Shown: positions 1-9,049, counted from the first letter of the stretch. The stretch is DNA of 64,000 bases from Bacilli bacterium (GCA_024399115.1 JAKSHZ010000006.1:8314-72313), one strand, 5' to 3'. Notes: a model not told the origin generated them from the letters alone. Translations and numbers: made by a program.

Positions 1-2066
1 GTTCTCCTGGTGCTAGTGGTATCATGGCTTTAGGTAATATTCTTGCTGGTAAAGTCAACCCATCAGGTAAAACAGTCGATTTAGTTTACACAAACTATAA
101 AGATGACCCAACTTGGCAAAACTTCGGTGGTAACTTCACTGATGGCGGCGATACTTATACTTCAGGTTCAGGCGCTCCAACAGACTACCACGTAGTTGAA
201 TACGAAGAAAACATCTATATGGGTTACCGTTACTACGAAACACGTGGTAAAGATGACGCTGCTTGGTATAACCAAAACGTCGTATTCCCATTCGGACATG
301 GCTTAAGCTATACAACTTTCTCTCAAGAAATCACAAATAAAACTGACTTAGAAGCTGCTGCTTTAACTGCTAATGGTAAATTTGATGTTACTGTTAAGGT
401 TAAAAACACAGGTACTAAAGCTGGTAAAGATGTAGTTCAACTTTATGTTGAAGCTCCTTACACAGCTGGTGGTATCGAAAAACCATATAAAGTTTTAGCT
501 GGTTTTGGTAAATCAGAAATGTTAGCTCCAGGTGCTGAAGGTACAGTCACAGTTTCTGTTGATCCATATTACTTCGCATCATTCGATAACCATGATCGTA
601 ACGGTGATGGTTTCAAAGGCTACACATTAGACGCTGGTAACTATGTCTTCCACTTAGGTAAAGATTCACACACTGATATCGATACATTTACAAAGACATT
701 AGGCTCAACAGCTAATATTGATAAAGACCCTGTCACAGGTAAAAACGTCGTACCTCTCTTCGATAACGTATCAGAAGGTATGAAAGAAGAATTAAAACGT
801 AGTGATTTTGCTGGTACAATGCCACACACAATCACTGACGATGAACGTAAAATCAACAAAGCATTCTTAGATAAATTAAGAGCATATGAATCAGGTAACA
901 CTGATACATATACAACAATGCCAACTATGGGTGCTGATTTAACAGTCAAATTCAAAGATTTAGTCGGTTTAGAATATAACGATGCTAAATGGGACGAATT
1001 CTTAAATCAATTAACATTTGAAGAAATGTTAGCATTATTCAATGAAGGTTGTTACTCAACAACAGCTATCACAAGAAAAGTCAATGGTGAAGACTATGTC
1101 CTCGTTCCAGGTACTTTATCTGCTGATGGTCCTACTGGTCTTGTTTCATTCTTAGCAAACATGGTTCCAGGTACACAACCTGCAATTTATGATACTTGTT
1201 ACTACTGTTCAGAATGTTTAGTTGCTCAAACTTATAACGTTGAATTAGCAAAGAAACAAGCTCACGCTATTGGTAACGAATCACTCATCGGTAACGAACG
1301 TGGTGATGGCTTATCATACCCAGGATGGTATGCTCCAGGTGTCAACTTACACCGTTCTCCATTCTCAGGACGTAATACTGAATACTATTCAGAAGATCCA
1401 TTACTTTGTGGTAAATTCGCTGCAACAGTTATCGCTGGCGTCCAAGAAAAAGGTGTTTACGCTAACGTTAAGCACTTCGCATTAAACGATCAAGAAACTC
1501 ACAGATCAGCTTATGGTATTGCTACTTGGGCAGATGAACAAGCAATCCGTGAATTATACTTAAGATCATTCGAAATCGCAGTCAAAGAAGGTAAATCAAA
1601 AGGTTTAATGACTTCATTCAACCGTATTGGTACTACTTGGGCTGGTGGTGATTACAGATTATGTACAACAGTCCTCCGTGAAGAATGGGGCTTCGTTGGT
1701 TCAGTCATTTGTGACTTCCACACAGATACATACATGGATAGTAAGCAAATGTTATACGCTGGTGGCGATCTTAACCTTTGTTCAGAAGCTACTTGTAAGT
1801 TAAAAATTGGCGGTGGTGATAACCAAGTCCAAAAAGATAGCGCTAAAGACGCTAACTTATTAAGAAAAGCATCACATAACTTACTCTACTGTATCGCTAA
1901 TTCAAATATCATGAAAGCTGACATTCTTGGTTATAGAAACGCTGTTTGGTCAAATGTCTTAACAGGTGCTACAATCGGTGTCGGTGTTGGTGTTGCTGGA
2001 TGGGGCGCATGGGCAATTCTCTCATCACTCTTAAAGAAACCAAAAGTAACTGATATTGCTGAATAA
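1..2066 (+). CDS. Glycoside hydrolase family 3 (beta-glucosidase/xylosidase-like), 5' end outside window; permuted domain order and C-terminal membrane anchor
   Basis: The reading frame stays open to base 1 (..PGASGIMALGNILAGKVNPSGK), so the ATG at 24 is internal. FPFGHGLSYTTF and the Fn3-like block KVKNTGTKAGKDVVQLYV come first. A GH3 N-terminal-type catalytic module follows (GRNTEYYSEDP, KHFALNDQETHR, EEWGFVGSVICDF). The protein ends in a hydrophobic helix, GATIGVGVGVAGWGAWAILSSLL-KKPK. Confidence 0.85.
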   Translation, partial: SPGASGIMALGNILAGKVNPSGKTVDLVYTNYKDDPTWQNFGGNFTDGGDTYTSGSGAPTDYHVVEYEENIYMGYRYYETRGKDDAAWYNQNVVFPFGHGLSYTTFSQEITNKTDLEAAALTANGKFDVTVKVKNTGTKAGKDVVQLYVEAPYTAGGIEKPYKVLAGFGKSEMLAPGAEGTVTVSVDPYYFASFDNHDRNGDGFKGYTLDAGNYVFHLGKDSHTDIDTFTKTLGSTANIDKDPVTGKNVVPLFDNVSEGMKEELKRSDFAGTMPHTITDDERKINKAFLDKLRAYESGNTDTYTTMPTMGADLTVKFKDLVGLEYNDAKWDEFLNQLTFEEMLALFNEGCYSTTAITRKVNGEDYVLVPGTLSADGPTGLVSFLANMVPGTQPAIYDTCYYCSECLVAQTYNVELAKKQAHAIGNESLIGNERGDGLSYPGWYAPGVNLHRSPFSGRNTEYYSEDPLLCGKFAATVIAGVQEKGVYANVKHFALNDQETHRSAYGIATWADEQAIRELYLRSFEIAVKEGKSKGLMTSFNRIGTTWAGGDYRLCTTVLREEWGFVGSVICDFHTDTYMDSKQMLYAGGDLNLCSEATCKLKIGGGDNQVQKDSAKDANLLRKASHNLLYCIANSNIMKADILGYRNAVWSNVLTGATIGVGVGVAGWGAWAILSSLLKKPKVTDIAE

Positions 2067-2083
2067 TTTCTAATAAAAAAATC

Positions 2084-2112
2084 GACTCCAATGTAAATTG
2101 GGGTCTTTTTTT
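2084..2112 (+). terminator. Rho-independent terminator after GH3 gene
   Basis: GACTCCAAT-gtaa-ATTGGGGTC stem-loop followed by a T7 run, 18 nt after the stop codon. Confidence 0.7.
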
Positions 2113-2121
2113 GTCAAAAAA

Positions 2122-2155
2122 AGCCTATTTCTTGAAAAAAATAGGCTATTTTATT
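2122..2155. terminator. Second hairpin (possible second or bidirectional terminator, or a leader structure)
   Basis: AGCCTATTT-n8-AAATAGGCT stem flanked by an A-run upstream and a T-rich tract downstream. Confidence 0.4.
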
Positions 2156-2169
2156 AGAATATTGAACAT

Positions 2170-3906
2170 ATGAAAGAGATTAAAGCTAAGTCATTTATTT
2201 CTTATTATAAAAAGTATATCGGGGTATTTATTACAGTATTACTCGCTAGTTTAGTCATGGCTTTACTTTCAGTAATGTATCCAATTATCACTAGAAAAGT
2301 ATTTAATGAATATATAAAAGCTACTCCAGTAGATATTAAACCAATTATTTATTCTGGAATTATTCTCGTTGTTATTTATATTGCAAGATTTGGTCTTAAA
2401 TTATACGTAGATTACTTCGGACATAGTGTTGGTACTGATATGCAAAGTGATATGAGAAGAGATCTTTTTGAAAAATTTGAAAGACTCCCAATGCAATATT
2501 ACGATAATCACGAAACTGGCGAACTTATGTCTAGATTGACTAACGATTTACAAGATATCAGTGAATTAGCTCACCACGGCCCTGAAAATATATTAATTTG
2601 CGCGATTACTATCCTTTCGAGCTTGGTTTATCTTCTTACAATCAATGTTATTTTAGCTTTAGTTCTTTTAGGAATGATTCCTATTTTATTTATCATTTCT
2701 TTTACAACTCGTAAGAAACACTTAAGAGCATATGGCGAAAGTAAGAAATTTATTGGTGGAATTAACGCTCAAATCGCTTCATCTATCTCAGGAATTAGAG
2801 CAACAAAAGCATTTAATAACGAAGATTTAGAGATGGCTCATTTTGACACCGCTAATCATAATTACGCTAAATCTAGAAAATTAGTCTATAAATACATGTC
2901 AATTTTCCATTCTTCAAATAATTTTGTTATTGATCTATTTAATGCCGCAGTAATTATTGGTGGTGCATTATTAACCGCTACAACTAATATTTTCTCAATT
3001 GAAGACTATTTAGCATTCGCTATTTCTGTTTCTTTATTTACTAACCCAATTAATACATTAGTTCAATTCACTGAACAATTAACTGATGGTAAAGCAGGAT
3101 TTAACAGATTTAGAGAAATCATGAACACTCCTGATGATAAAGAAAAAGAAAACGCAATAAAAGAAATTGAATTAAAAGGTAACATTCAATTTAAAAATGT
3201 TAGCTTTAATTACATTCAAGATGAACAAATTTTGAATGACGTATCTTTCAATATTGAGCAAGGAGAATGTGTTGCATTAGTAGGTTCAAGCGGTGGTGGT
3301 AAAACCACAATTTGTCACTTAATTCCTAACTTCTATCACGTAGAAGATGGCCATATTTTCTTTGATGGTATTGATATAAACGACATATCATTTAAGGGGT
3401 TACGAAACAATATCGGTATAGTTCAACAAGACGTATTTTTGTTCTCAGGAACTATCAGAAGTAACATTCTTTATGGTAACTTAAACGCTACTGATGAGGA
3501 AGTTTTAGAGGCTGCAAAGAAAGCAAATATTTACGACTTTATCATGTCTCTTCCACACGGTTTAGACACTAGAGTTGGGGAACGTGGAGTACGTCTTTCT
3601 GGCGGTGAAAAGCAAAGAATTAGTATCGCTAGAATCTTCCTAAAAGATCCTTCAATTCTTATTTTAGATGAAGCTACAAGCGCTCTTGATAACACTACAG
3701 AAATCGCAATTCAGAACTCATTAAACGAACTTATGAAGGGAAGAACTTGCGTAATTGTTGCTCATAGATTATCAACAATCAAGAACGCAAATCGCATCTT
3801 TGTCATCGAATCAGGTAAGGTAATTGAAAGCGGAAATCACGAAGAATTGATCGCGAAAAACGGTCGATATAAAGTGCTTTACGACCAACAATTTAAGCTT
3901 AATTAA
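2170..3906 (+). CDS. ABC exporter, fused permease/ATPase (type I, MsbA/LmrA-like half transporter)
   Basis: N-terminal 6-TM region. Walker A GSSGGGKTT, Q-loop VQQDVFLF, signature LSGGEKQRISIAR, Walker B ILILDEATSALD, H-loop VAHRLST. Confidence 0.9.
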   Translation: MKEIKAKSFISYYKKYIGVFITVLLASLVMALLSVMYPIITRKVFNEYIKATPVDIKPIIYSGIILVVIYIARFGLKLYVDYFGHSVGTDMQSDMRRDLFEKFERLPMQYYDNHETGELMSRLTNDLQDISELAHHGPENILICAITILSSLVYLLTINVILALVLLGMIPILFIISFTTRKKHLRAYGESKKFIGGINAQIASSISGIRATKAFNNEDLEMAHFDTANHNYAKSRKLVYKYMSIFHSSNNFVIDLFNAAVIIGGALLTATTNIFSIEDYLAFAISVSLFTNPINTLVQFTEQLTDGKAGFNRFREIMNTPDDKEKENAIKEIELKGNIQFKNVSFNYIQDEQILNDVSFNIEQGECVALVGSSGGGKTTICHLIPNFYHVEDGHIFFDGIDINDISFKGLRNNIGIVQQDVFLFSGTIRSNILYGNLNATDEEVLEAAKKANIYDFIMSLPHGLDTRVGERGVRLSGGEKQRISIARIFLKDPSILILDEATSALDNTTEIAIQNSLNELMKGRTCVIVAHRLSTIKNANRIFVIESGKVIESGNHEELIAKNGRYKVLYDQQFKLN

Positions 3907-3931
3907 TTAGGATTTCGGTCCTAATTTTTTA
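3907..3931 (+). terminator. Rho-independent terminator
   Basis: TTAGGA-tttcgg-TCCTAA hairpin directly after the stop, followed by T6. Confidence 0.65.
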
Positions 3932-4057
3932 TTTGCGCTAATTTTTTACTGTTTTGCTTAACGATTCTAACTATATTTATTAATAAATATACATTTACTA
4001 AAAAACTACTAACGATTTCAAAATATCTAAAAACTATACATATAAATATAATATATA

Positions 4058-4090
4058 AATCCTATTAATAGGATTACCCGATGCTATAAT
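4058..4090 (+). promoter_or_regulatory. Candidate promoter with palindromic operator upstream of the SPFH gene
   Basis: Perfect 18-bp palindrome AATCCTATT/AATAGGATT (4058-4075) lies over the expected -35 position of an extended -10, TGcTATAAT (4082-4090). This is about 24 nt upstream of the ATG, and a GAAGGA SD follows. Confidence 0.4.
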
Positions 4091-4113
4091 AAAACCAGAA
4101 AGAAGGAAAAAAT

Positions 4114-5073
4114 ATGGGACCACTAGAAATTATTCTAATCATCCTCGGAGTAATCTTATTAATCGGTTTAATCTCAAATATTAAGATTGTTCCACAAGCT
4201 CATGAATACGTTGTTGAATTTTTCGGAAAGTACAAAAGAACATTAAAAGCAGGTATCCACCTCACAGTTCCTCTAGCAGAAAAAGTTTCCAAAAGAATCA
4301 CAATGATGGAGCAAATCATGGACGCCCCTCCTCAACCAGTTATTACTAAAGATAATGTCACTATGCAAATTGACTCAGTCGTTTACTACAGAGTTTACGA
4401 TTCTAAGTTATACGCATATGGCGCTGTTAATCCAGAAATCGCTTTAGCAAATTTAACTGCAACAACATTAAGAAACATTGTTGGTGAACTCGATCTCGAT
4501 GGAACACTTACTTCAAGAGATTTAATCAACGCAAAGATGACAGAAATCATCGACAAAGCAACTGATGAATGGGGCATCAAAGTTACTCGTGTCGAATTGA
4601 AGAACATCATTCCACCAAAAGAAATTAGAGATGCGATGGAAAAGCAAATGAAAGCAGAACGTGATCGTCGTGAAACTTTATTACAAGCTGAAGGTCATAA
4701 ATCCGCAATCATTACTAGAGCAGAAGGTGACAAACAAGCTGCTATTCTCCAAGCTGAAGGTGAGAGAGATGCAAGAATCGCTAGAGCAGAAGGTGAAGCT
4801 AGAGAAATCTACTTAAAGAAGAAAGCTGAAGCTGATGGTTTACAAGAACTCATCAAAGCAGGCATCACACCAGAAGTCTTAGAATTAAAACGTTTCGAAG
4901 CTCTTGAAAAAGTCGCTGACGGACAAGCAAGTAAGATTATCGTTCCTACAGACGCTGTTGAAATGGTAAAGAAAGATGTAATTTTCGCAGAATCAGCAGG
5001 CGTAGGGGATGTCACAAAACAAGGCAAGAAGAAAGCTGAACCAAAATCAGCCGACCCTTGCTGCGATAAGTAA
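4114..5073 (+). CDS. SPFH/band-7 (stomatin/prohibitin-like) membrane protein
   Basis: N-terminal TM (LEIILIILGVILLIGLI), SPFH core (VPQAHEYVVEFFGKY, ITKDNV, LRNIVGEL) and an AEGE/AEGEA-repeat coiled coil. Ends in ..ADPCCDK. Confidence 0.85.
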   Translation: MGPLEIILIILGVILLIGLISNIKIVPQAHEYVVEFFGKYKRTLKAGIHLTVPLAEKVSKRITMMEQIMDAPPQPVITKDNVTMQIDSVVYYRVYDSKLYAYGAVNPEIALANLTATTLRNIVGELDLDGTLTSRDLINAKMTEIIDKATDEWGIKVTRVELKNIIPPKEIRDAMEKQMKAERDRRETLLQAEGHKSAIITRAEGDKQAAILQAEGERDARIARAEGEAREIYLKKKAEADGLQELIKAGITPEVLELKRFEALEKVADGQASKIIVPTDAVEMVKKDVIFAESAGVGDVTKQGKKKAEPKSADPCCDK

Positions 5074-5092
5074 TTAATCAGTAAAACCAAGA

Positions 5093-5116
5093 AGCCGGGA
5101 ATTTCCCGGTTTTTTC
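5093..5116 (+). terminator. Rho-independent terminator
   Basis: GC-rich hairpin CCGGGA-att-TCCCGG followed by T6. Confidence 0.75.
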
Positions 5117-5216
5117 TTGTTTTTGATAGAAAACAACATTTTTTTTGCCTCTTTTTTAAGAGTGACAAAAATTTTAACTTTAATTTTATTCTTATTTATA
5201 GAATAATATATCCACT

Positions 5217-6182
5217 ATGAAAAAAGAAAACCCTGCAAAAAAATTCGAAAAATGTTTAGATATCTCAGATAGATGGGATTTATTTTTTACTGAAAGAGCT
5301 TCTTATCCTCTTGCGGTAATGTTTAATAAAATGGGATGTTCCCCAAACTTTGTAACTATTTTAGGTGGAGTATTCGGCGTCGCTGGTGCTGTTTTATTCG
5401 CTTTTAATAATTTAGTTACTACAATCATCGGTATTGTGATGGTTATTTTATACGCTATTTTAGACTGCGCTGATGGCCAAGTCGCTCGTATGTCACATAA
5501 AGGTTCTTTATTTGGCAGATGCGTTGATGGTGCAGTTGATAGTGTTGTTTATATCGCTATTTATTTAGCTTTAGGCTTTAGACTTATGCCTCAAACTATT
5601 CCTTTCACAGACGTAGTTTGGAGTTGGTGGATCTTTATTCCAATCGTTGCAATTGGTGCATATTTCCACACAAGTCAAAGTAGAATGGCTGATTATTATA
5701 GAAACGCTCACATGTATTTAAGTGCGTCTGAAAGAGGAAACGAATTATCTAACTCAATCGACATGCAAAAAATCATGGATGCTGAAAAGAAAGGTTCTTT
5801 CAAACGTTTTGTATATTCTACATACACTGACTACACAAAAGCACAAGAAAGAGCTACACCTAAACTTCAAAAGTTATTAGGTTTAATTAGAGAAAATGGT
5901 GGAGTTATTCCTGTAGAAGTATCTAGTTACTATAGAAGAGAGTCAAATAAGATCGCTCGTTTAGCTAACTCATTAGTATTTAATGTTAGAAGCTATGTTT
6001 TATTTGCGCTTTTATTAATTGGCATTGAAGTTTGGATTTTACCTTTCATTATTTTGGTTCTTGAACCAATTAAGGTATTTTTAATCGTTAAATACGAAAA
6101 AATCGCTGCTAACGCAACAGTAATTATGGAAGAAACACTCAAAAATAAAGAGACAGTAGATGAAAAAAGAGAAGAAATTTAG
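5217..6182 (+). CDS. CDP-alcohol phosphatidyltransferase family protein
   Basis: Exact match to the family signature DG(x)2AR(x)8G(x)3D(x)3D in DCADGQVARMSHKGSLFGRCVDGAVD. Multi-TM protein. Confidence 0.8.
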   Translation: MKKENPAKKFEKCLDISDRWDLFFTERASYPLAVMFNKMGCSPNFVTILGGVFGVAGAVLFAFNNLVTTIIGIVMVILYAILDCADGQVARMSHKGSLFGRCVDGAVDSVVYIAIYLALGFRLMPQTIPFTDVVWSWWIFIPIVAIGAYFHTSQSRMADYYRNAHMYLSASERGNELSNSIDMQKIMDAEKKGSFKRFVYSTYTDYTKAQERATPKLQKLLGLIRENGGVIPVEVSSYYRRESNKIARLANSLVFNVRSYVLFALLLIGIEVWILPFIILVLEPIKVFLIVKYEKIAANATVIMEETLKNKETVDEKREEI

Positions 6183-7290
6183 TATCGGTAACTTCTTTAA
6201 GAAGTATTACAAATATATTTTCTTGGCTATTGGTATCACTGGAATCCTTGTAATGGTTCTTACAAGTGATTTAGGTGGAGTTCAATGGTCTCTTTTTGCT
6301 ACATCAGATTTTGCGCTTTTACTTGCAGAATGTTTTGGTGTTTGGTTCTTGATTTATGTCTTACACACAATTACATATAGAATCATTCTTGAAAAAGAAG
6401 GAAAAAATATTGATTCATTCCATCTTTTTAAGATCACAATGACTGGTTTCGCTCTTAATAATGTCACTCCAGCAGGTTTAATTGGTGGAGAGCCTTATAG
6501 AATTATGGAGCTCAAAAAATACGTTTCTACTGAAAAGAGTGCTTCCGCAACATTCTCTTTTACAGTTTTATACGCAATTGGTCATTTAATGCTTTGGGAT
6601 GCAGGATTTATCACTTATATCTTCATGGGAATGCCTGGTTCTGCAGTTATTGATATCTTAATGATTATTACAGGTGGATTTAATGTAATTGCAACATTCT
6701 GCCTTATCTTCTTAAGAGTTAATATTGTTTATCCATTCATGCATTTATTAACAAAATTACCATTCATTGGTAAGAAATTAGTCCCATTAGTAGAGAGAAA
6801 CGCTGCAACTTTTAAAGAAATTGATAATTTAATCAACACATTCCATAAAAAATGGCTTAAATTCTTTACGGTTTTACTCATCCAATTCGGAACTAGATTA
6901 TTAGAAGCTTTGGAATATTTCTTAATCATCAGATTCTTCGTAAATGGCGTTGCTACAATCACTTACTGGCAAGGATTATCAGTTATGGCAACTTGCTCAT
7001 TAATTGGTAACTTATTATTTATTATTCCAATGCAAGCTGGTTCTAGAGAAGGTGGTATGGCTATCGCGCTTCACTTCTTATTTGGGGATGATCTAGTTTC
7101 AACAATCGCTGTTCCAGTTGGCCTTGTTTACCGTGTTAGAGAATTCACATGTACTTTAATTGGTATTATCATGGTCGCCGCAACTAGACGTATTAGAAAA
7201 GAAAAGGAAATCGCTGCTCCAGTTGAAACAGTTGAAGTAGTTGAAGAAGAAAAACCTTCTGAAGAAAAGGTAGAAATTGAAGAAAAATAA
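6160..7290 (+). CDS. Flippase-like / lysyl-phosphatidylglycerol-synthase TM-region family (UPF0104-like) membrane protein
   Basis: About 8 TM helices. The motif NNVTPAGLIGGEPYRI resembles the conserved G-G-E-x-x-R block of this family. Overlaps the previous gene by 23 nt. Acidic C-terminal tail. Confidence 0.6.
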   Translation: MKKEKKFSIGNFFKKYYKYIFLAIGITGILVMVLTSDLGGVQWSLFATSDFALLLAECFGVWFLIYVLHTITYRIILEKEGKNIDSFHLFKITMTGFALNNVTPAGLIGGEPYRIMELKKYVSTEKSASATFSFTVLYAIGHLMLWDAGFITYIFMGMPGSAVIDILMIITGGFNVIATFCLIFLRVNIVYPFMHLLTKLPFIGKKLVPLVERNAATFKEIDNLINTFHKKWLKFFTVLLIQFGTRLLEALEYFLIIRFFVNGVATITYWQGLSVMATCSLIGNLLFIIPMQAGSREGGMAIALHFLFGDDLVSTIAVPVGLVYRVREFTCTLIGIIMVAATRRIRKEKEIAAPVETVEVVEEEKPSEEKVEIEEK

Positions 7291-7291
7291 T

Positions 7292-7414
7292 ATGGATAAC
7301 GAACAAAGAAAAATCGTAAATAAAAGAATGCTATTAGGCATTTTATTCGCAGGTCTTGCTGCATTAGTAATCGTTGTTTTATCTTTTGGAACAACCGCTT
7401 TATTAGGAAAATAA
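7292..7414 (+). CDS. Unannotated 40-aa single-TM micro-protein (MDNEQRKIVNKRMLLGILFAGLAALVIVVLSFGTTALLGK)
   Basis: The ATG is 1 nt after the upstream stop (TAA-T-ATG). Basic N-terminus plus one hydrophobic helix. A hairpin terminator follows. The ORF is below the ORF-track size cut-off. Confidence 0.4.
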   Translation: MDNEQRKIVNKRMLLGILFAGLAALVIVVLSFGTTALLGK

Positions 7415-7443
7415 GTCGTTTTTAATCAGAAATATGCTATTTA

Positions 7444-7473
7444 GGTTCTACTTTTATGTAGAATCTTTTATTT
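7444..7473 (+). terminator. Rho-independent terminator
   Basis: GGTTCTAC-ttttat-GTAGAATC hairpin followed by a T-rich tract. Confidence 0.55.
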
Positions 7474-7598
7474 ATTAATTGTAAATGAAATATCTAGGTG
7501 CTAATGTATAAATATAATTTATAGTTGGTATTTCATAACAATAATAGGTACAAATTATAAAAAATAAATTTTTACTATTTAATTTTAGAGGAAACATT

Positions 7599-8123
7599 AT
7601 GTACAAAAACAGATTAGCTAATTTTGAAACTTATTACAAACACATGGGTAATTATGAAGTTGAAACTTCTTTAAGTGTTTACGAAGTCTACATTGAACTC
7701 GCTAAAGATAAAGACGGTAACTTCATGAAAAATAGAGACGGTAGTGATAGATACTACGCTCTTGATGACGCTAGCATTTCAACATTAGATTCTGATAAAT
7801 TAGTCAAAGTCATTAGAGAAGGCTTCTACAAAGACGTTTTCCAAGTTAACGGAGAATACGTTGAAAAAGTCGAAAGAAATGGCAAAAGAGCTTACTATCG
7901 AGTAGAAGAAGATGCTTTAACAACATTAGCTGCTGGTACAAAAGTTGTTGCAAGAAATGGCACATACAGAGTTCCAAGCGAAGTTGGCTATGTCTTAATG
8001 GATGAAAGAGATATCGAACATCCTAAGATGGTCGCAGTTAGAAAGTTCAAAACTGATGATCACAAAGCTGAAGCTGAAAAAATCGTTAAAGGCAAAGCTC
8101 ACAAAGACGAAAATAACGACTAA
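7599..8123 (+). CDS. Hypothetical soluble protein (174 aa) with an internal duplication
   Basis: AGAGGA SD 7 nt upstream, own terminator. No TM or signal peptide. Two related segments, RDGSDRYYALDDASISTLDSDKLVKV and RNGKRAYYRVEEDALTTLAAGTKVVA. I recognise no family. Confidence 0.75.
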   Translation: MYKNRLANFETYYKHMGNYEVETSLSVYEVYIELAKDKDGNFMKNRDGSDRYYALDDASISTLDSDKLVKVIREGFYKDVFQVNGEYVEKVERNGKRAYYRVEEDALTTLAAGTKVVARNGTYRVPSEVGYVLMDERDIEHPKMVAVRKFKTDDHKAEAEKIVKGKAHKDENND

Positions 8124-8126
8124 GAC

Positions 8127-8153
8127 GAAGCGGAATTATCCGCTTTTTCTTTT
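8127..8153 (+). terminator. Rho-independent terminator
   Basis: AGCGGA-atta-TCCGCT hairpin followed by T5CT4. Confidence 0.7.
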
Positions 8154-8284
8154 ATTTAATACATTAATATTCTACTAAACGCTCATTTAGTGAATATATA
8201 TTTATTGCAAAATAATATAAATTTATAAGCCTTTGACTTATAATGTTTTCAGTTAATCAATTTTTAGGAAGGAGAAAAGCATAG

Positions 8285-9049
8285 ATGTACCCAGATTTAT
8301 TTGGAATTCCAGATTTTTCTTACACATTAATGATTGTTATCGGTGTTATTGCGTGTTTAATTTGCTTGGTTGTCTTCCTTAAAAAGAGAGGTTACAAGAA
8401 AAACACAATCATCGATATTCTTGCATGTACTTTATTTACAATCGCAATCGGTGTAGTGGGTGCAATTATATTTCAAAACGTTTACGATTTAATCTCTGAT
8501 CCAGCAAACTATCATTTCTCATTCAAAATGACTTTCTATGGTGGATTAATTTTTGGAATCGTTGCTTTTATCCTCTTATTTAACTTCTATGTTAAGAAAC
8601 ATAACAACATTAGAATTAGAGAAATTGCTTATATTGCGCCACTTTGTATCACATCAGCTCATGCTTTTGGTAGAATTGGTTGTCTTTTAGCTGGATGTTG
8701 CTATGGTGCTGAATCTCATTCTTGGGTTGCTATCGATTTCCCTGGATTAGGTGAAAGATTACCTACTCAATTATTTGAAGCAATTTTCTTATTTGTTCTT
8801 TCAGGCGTATTAATCTATTTGATTTTTAAGACTAAATTCAAATGGACATTACATTTATATTTAGCAAGTTACTCAATTTTTAGATTCATTATCGAGTTCT
8901 TTAGAGATGACGCAGCACGTGGTGGAACGTTATTTGGATTATACCCAAGCCAAGTAATTTGTATCGTTGTTTGGATTGTATTTGTTCCATCTTTATGGGC
9001 GTTAAAGAAATTTGTATTCTACCCAATTCCTGAAGATGAGCAAAAATAA
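8285..9049 (+). CDS. lgt: Prolipoprotein diacylglyceryl transferase
   Basis: Polytopic membrane protein with Lgt-type blocks: YGGLIFG, GRIGCLLAGCCYG, PTQLFEA, FRFIIEFFRDD. Strong SD GGAAGGAG. Confidence 0.8.
   Translation: MYPDLFGIPDFSYTLMIVIGVIACLICLVVFLKKRGYKKNTIIDILACTLFTIAIGVVGAIIFQNVYDLISDPANYHFSFKMTFYGGLIFGIVAFILLFNFYVKKHNNIRIREIAYIAPLCITSAHAFGRIGCLLAGCCYGAESHSWVAIDFPGLGERLPTQLFEAIFLFVLSGVLIYLIFKTKFKWTLHLYLASYSIFRFIIEFFRDDAARGGTLFGLYPSQVICIVVWIVFVPSLWALKKFVFYPIPEDEQK

Noticed and set aside
5050-5073. C-terminal ..ADPCCDK of the SPFH protein as a lipidation or metal site related to the HisS tail
   Set aside because: There are only two cysteines, and no bacterial C-terminal di-Cys acylation signal is known to me. 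This is too little sequence to support a claim. I note it only because of the compositional echo of the HisS tail.
4809-5168. 119-aa ORF on the - strand
   Set aside because: Antisense to the repetitive AEGE coiled-coil region of the SPFH gene, and it runs through that gene's terminator. Likely a frame artefact.
7201-7290. Shared acidic C-terminal motif PVE(T)VEVVEE(E)K in the flippase-like protein and in the 162-aa membrane protein (10270-10324). ParC also has an acidic tail.
   Set aside because: The DNA sequences are not similar, so this is not a repeat or a mobile module. Glu/Lys/Val-rich tails are simple low-complexity sequence, common in AT-rich genomes.
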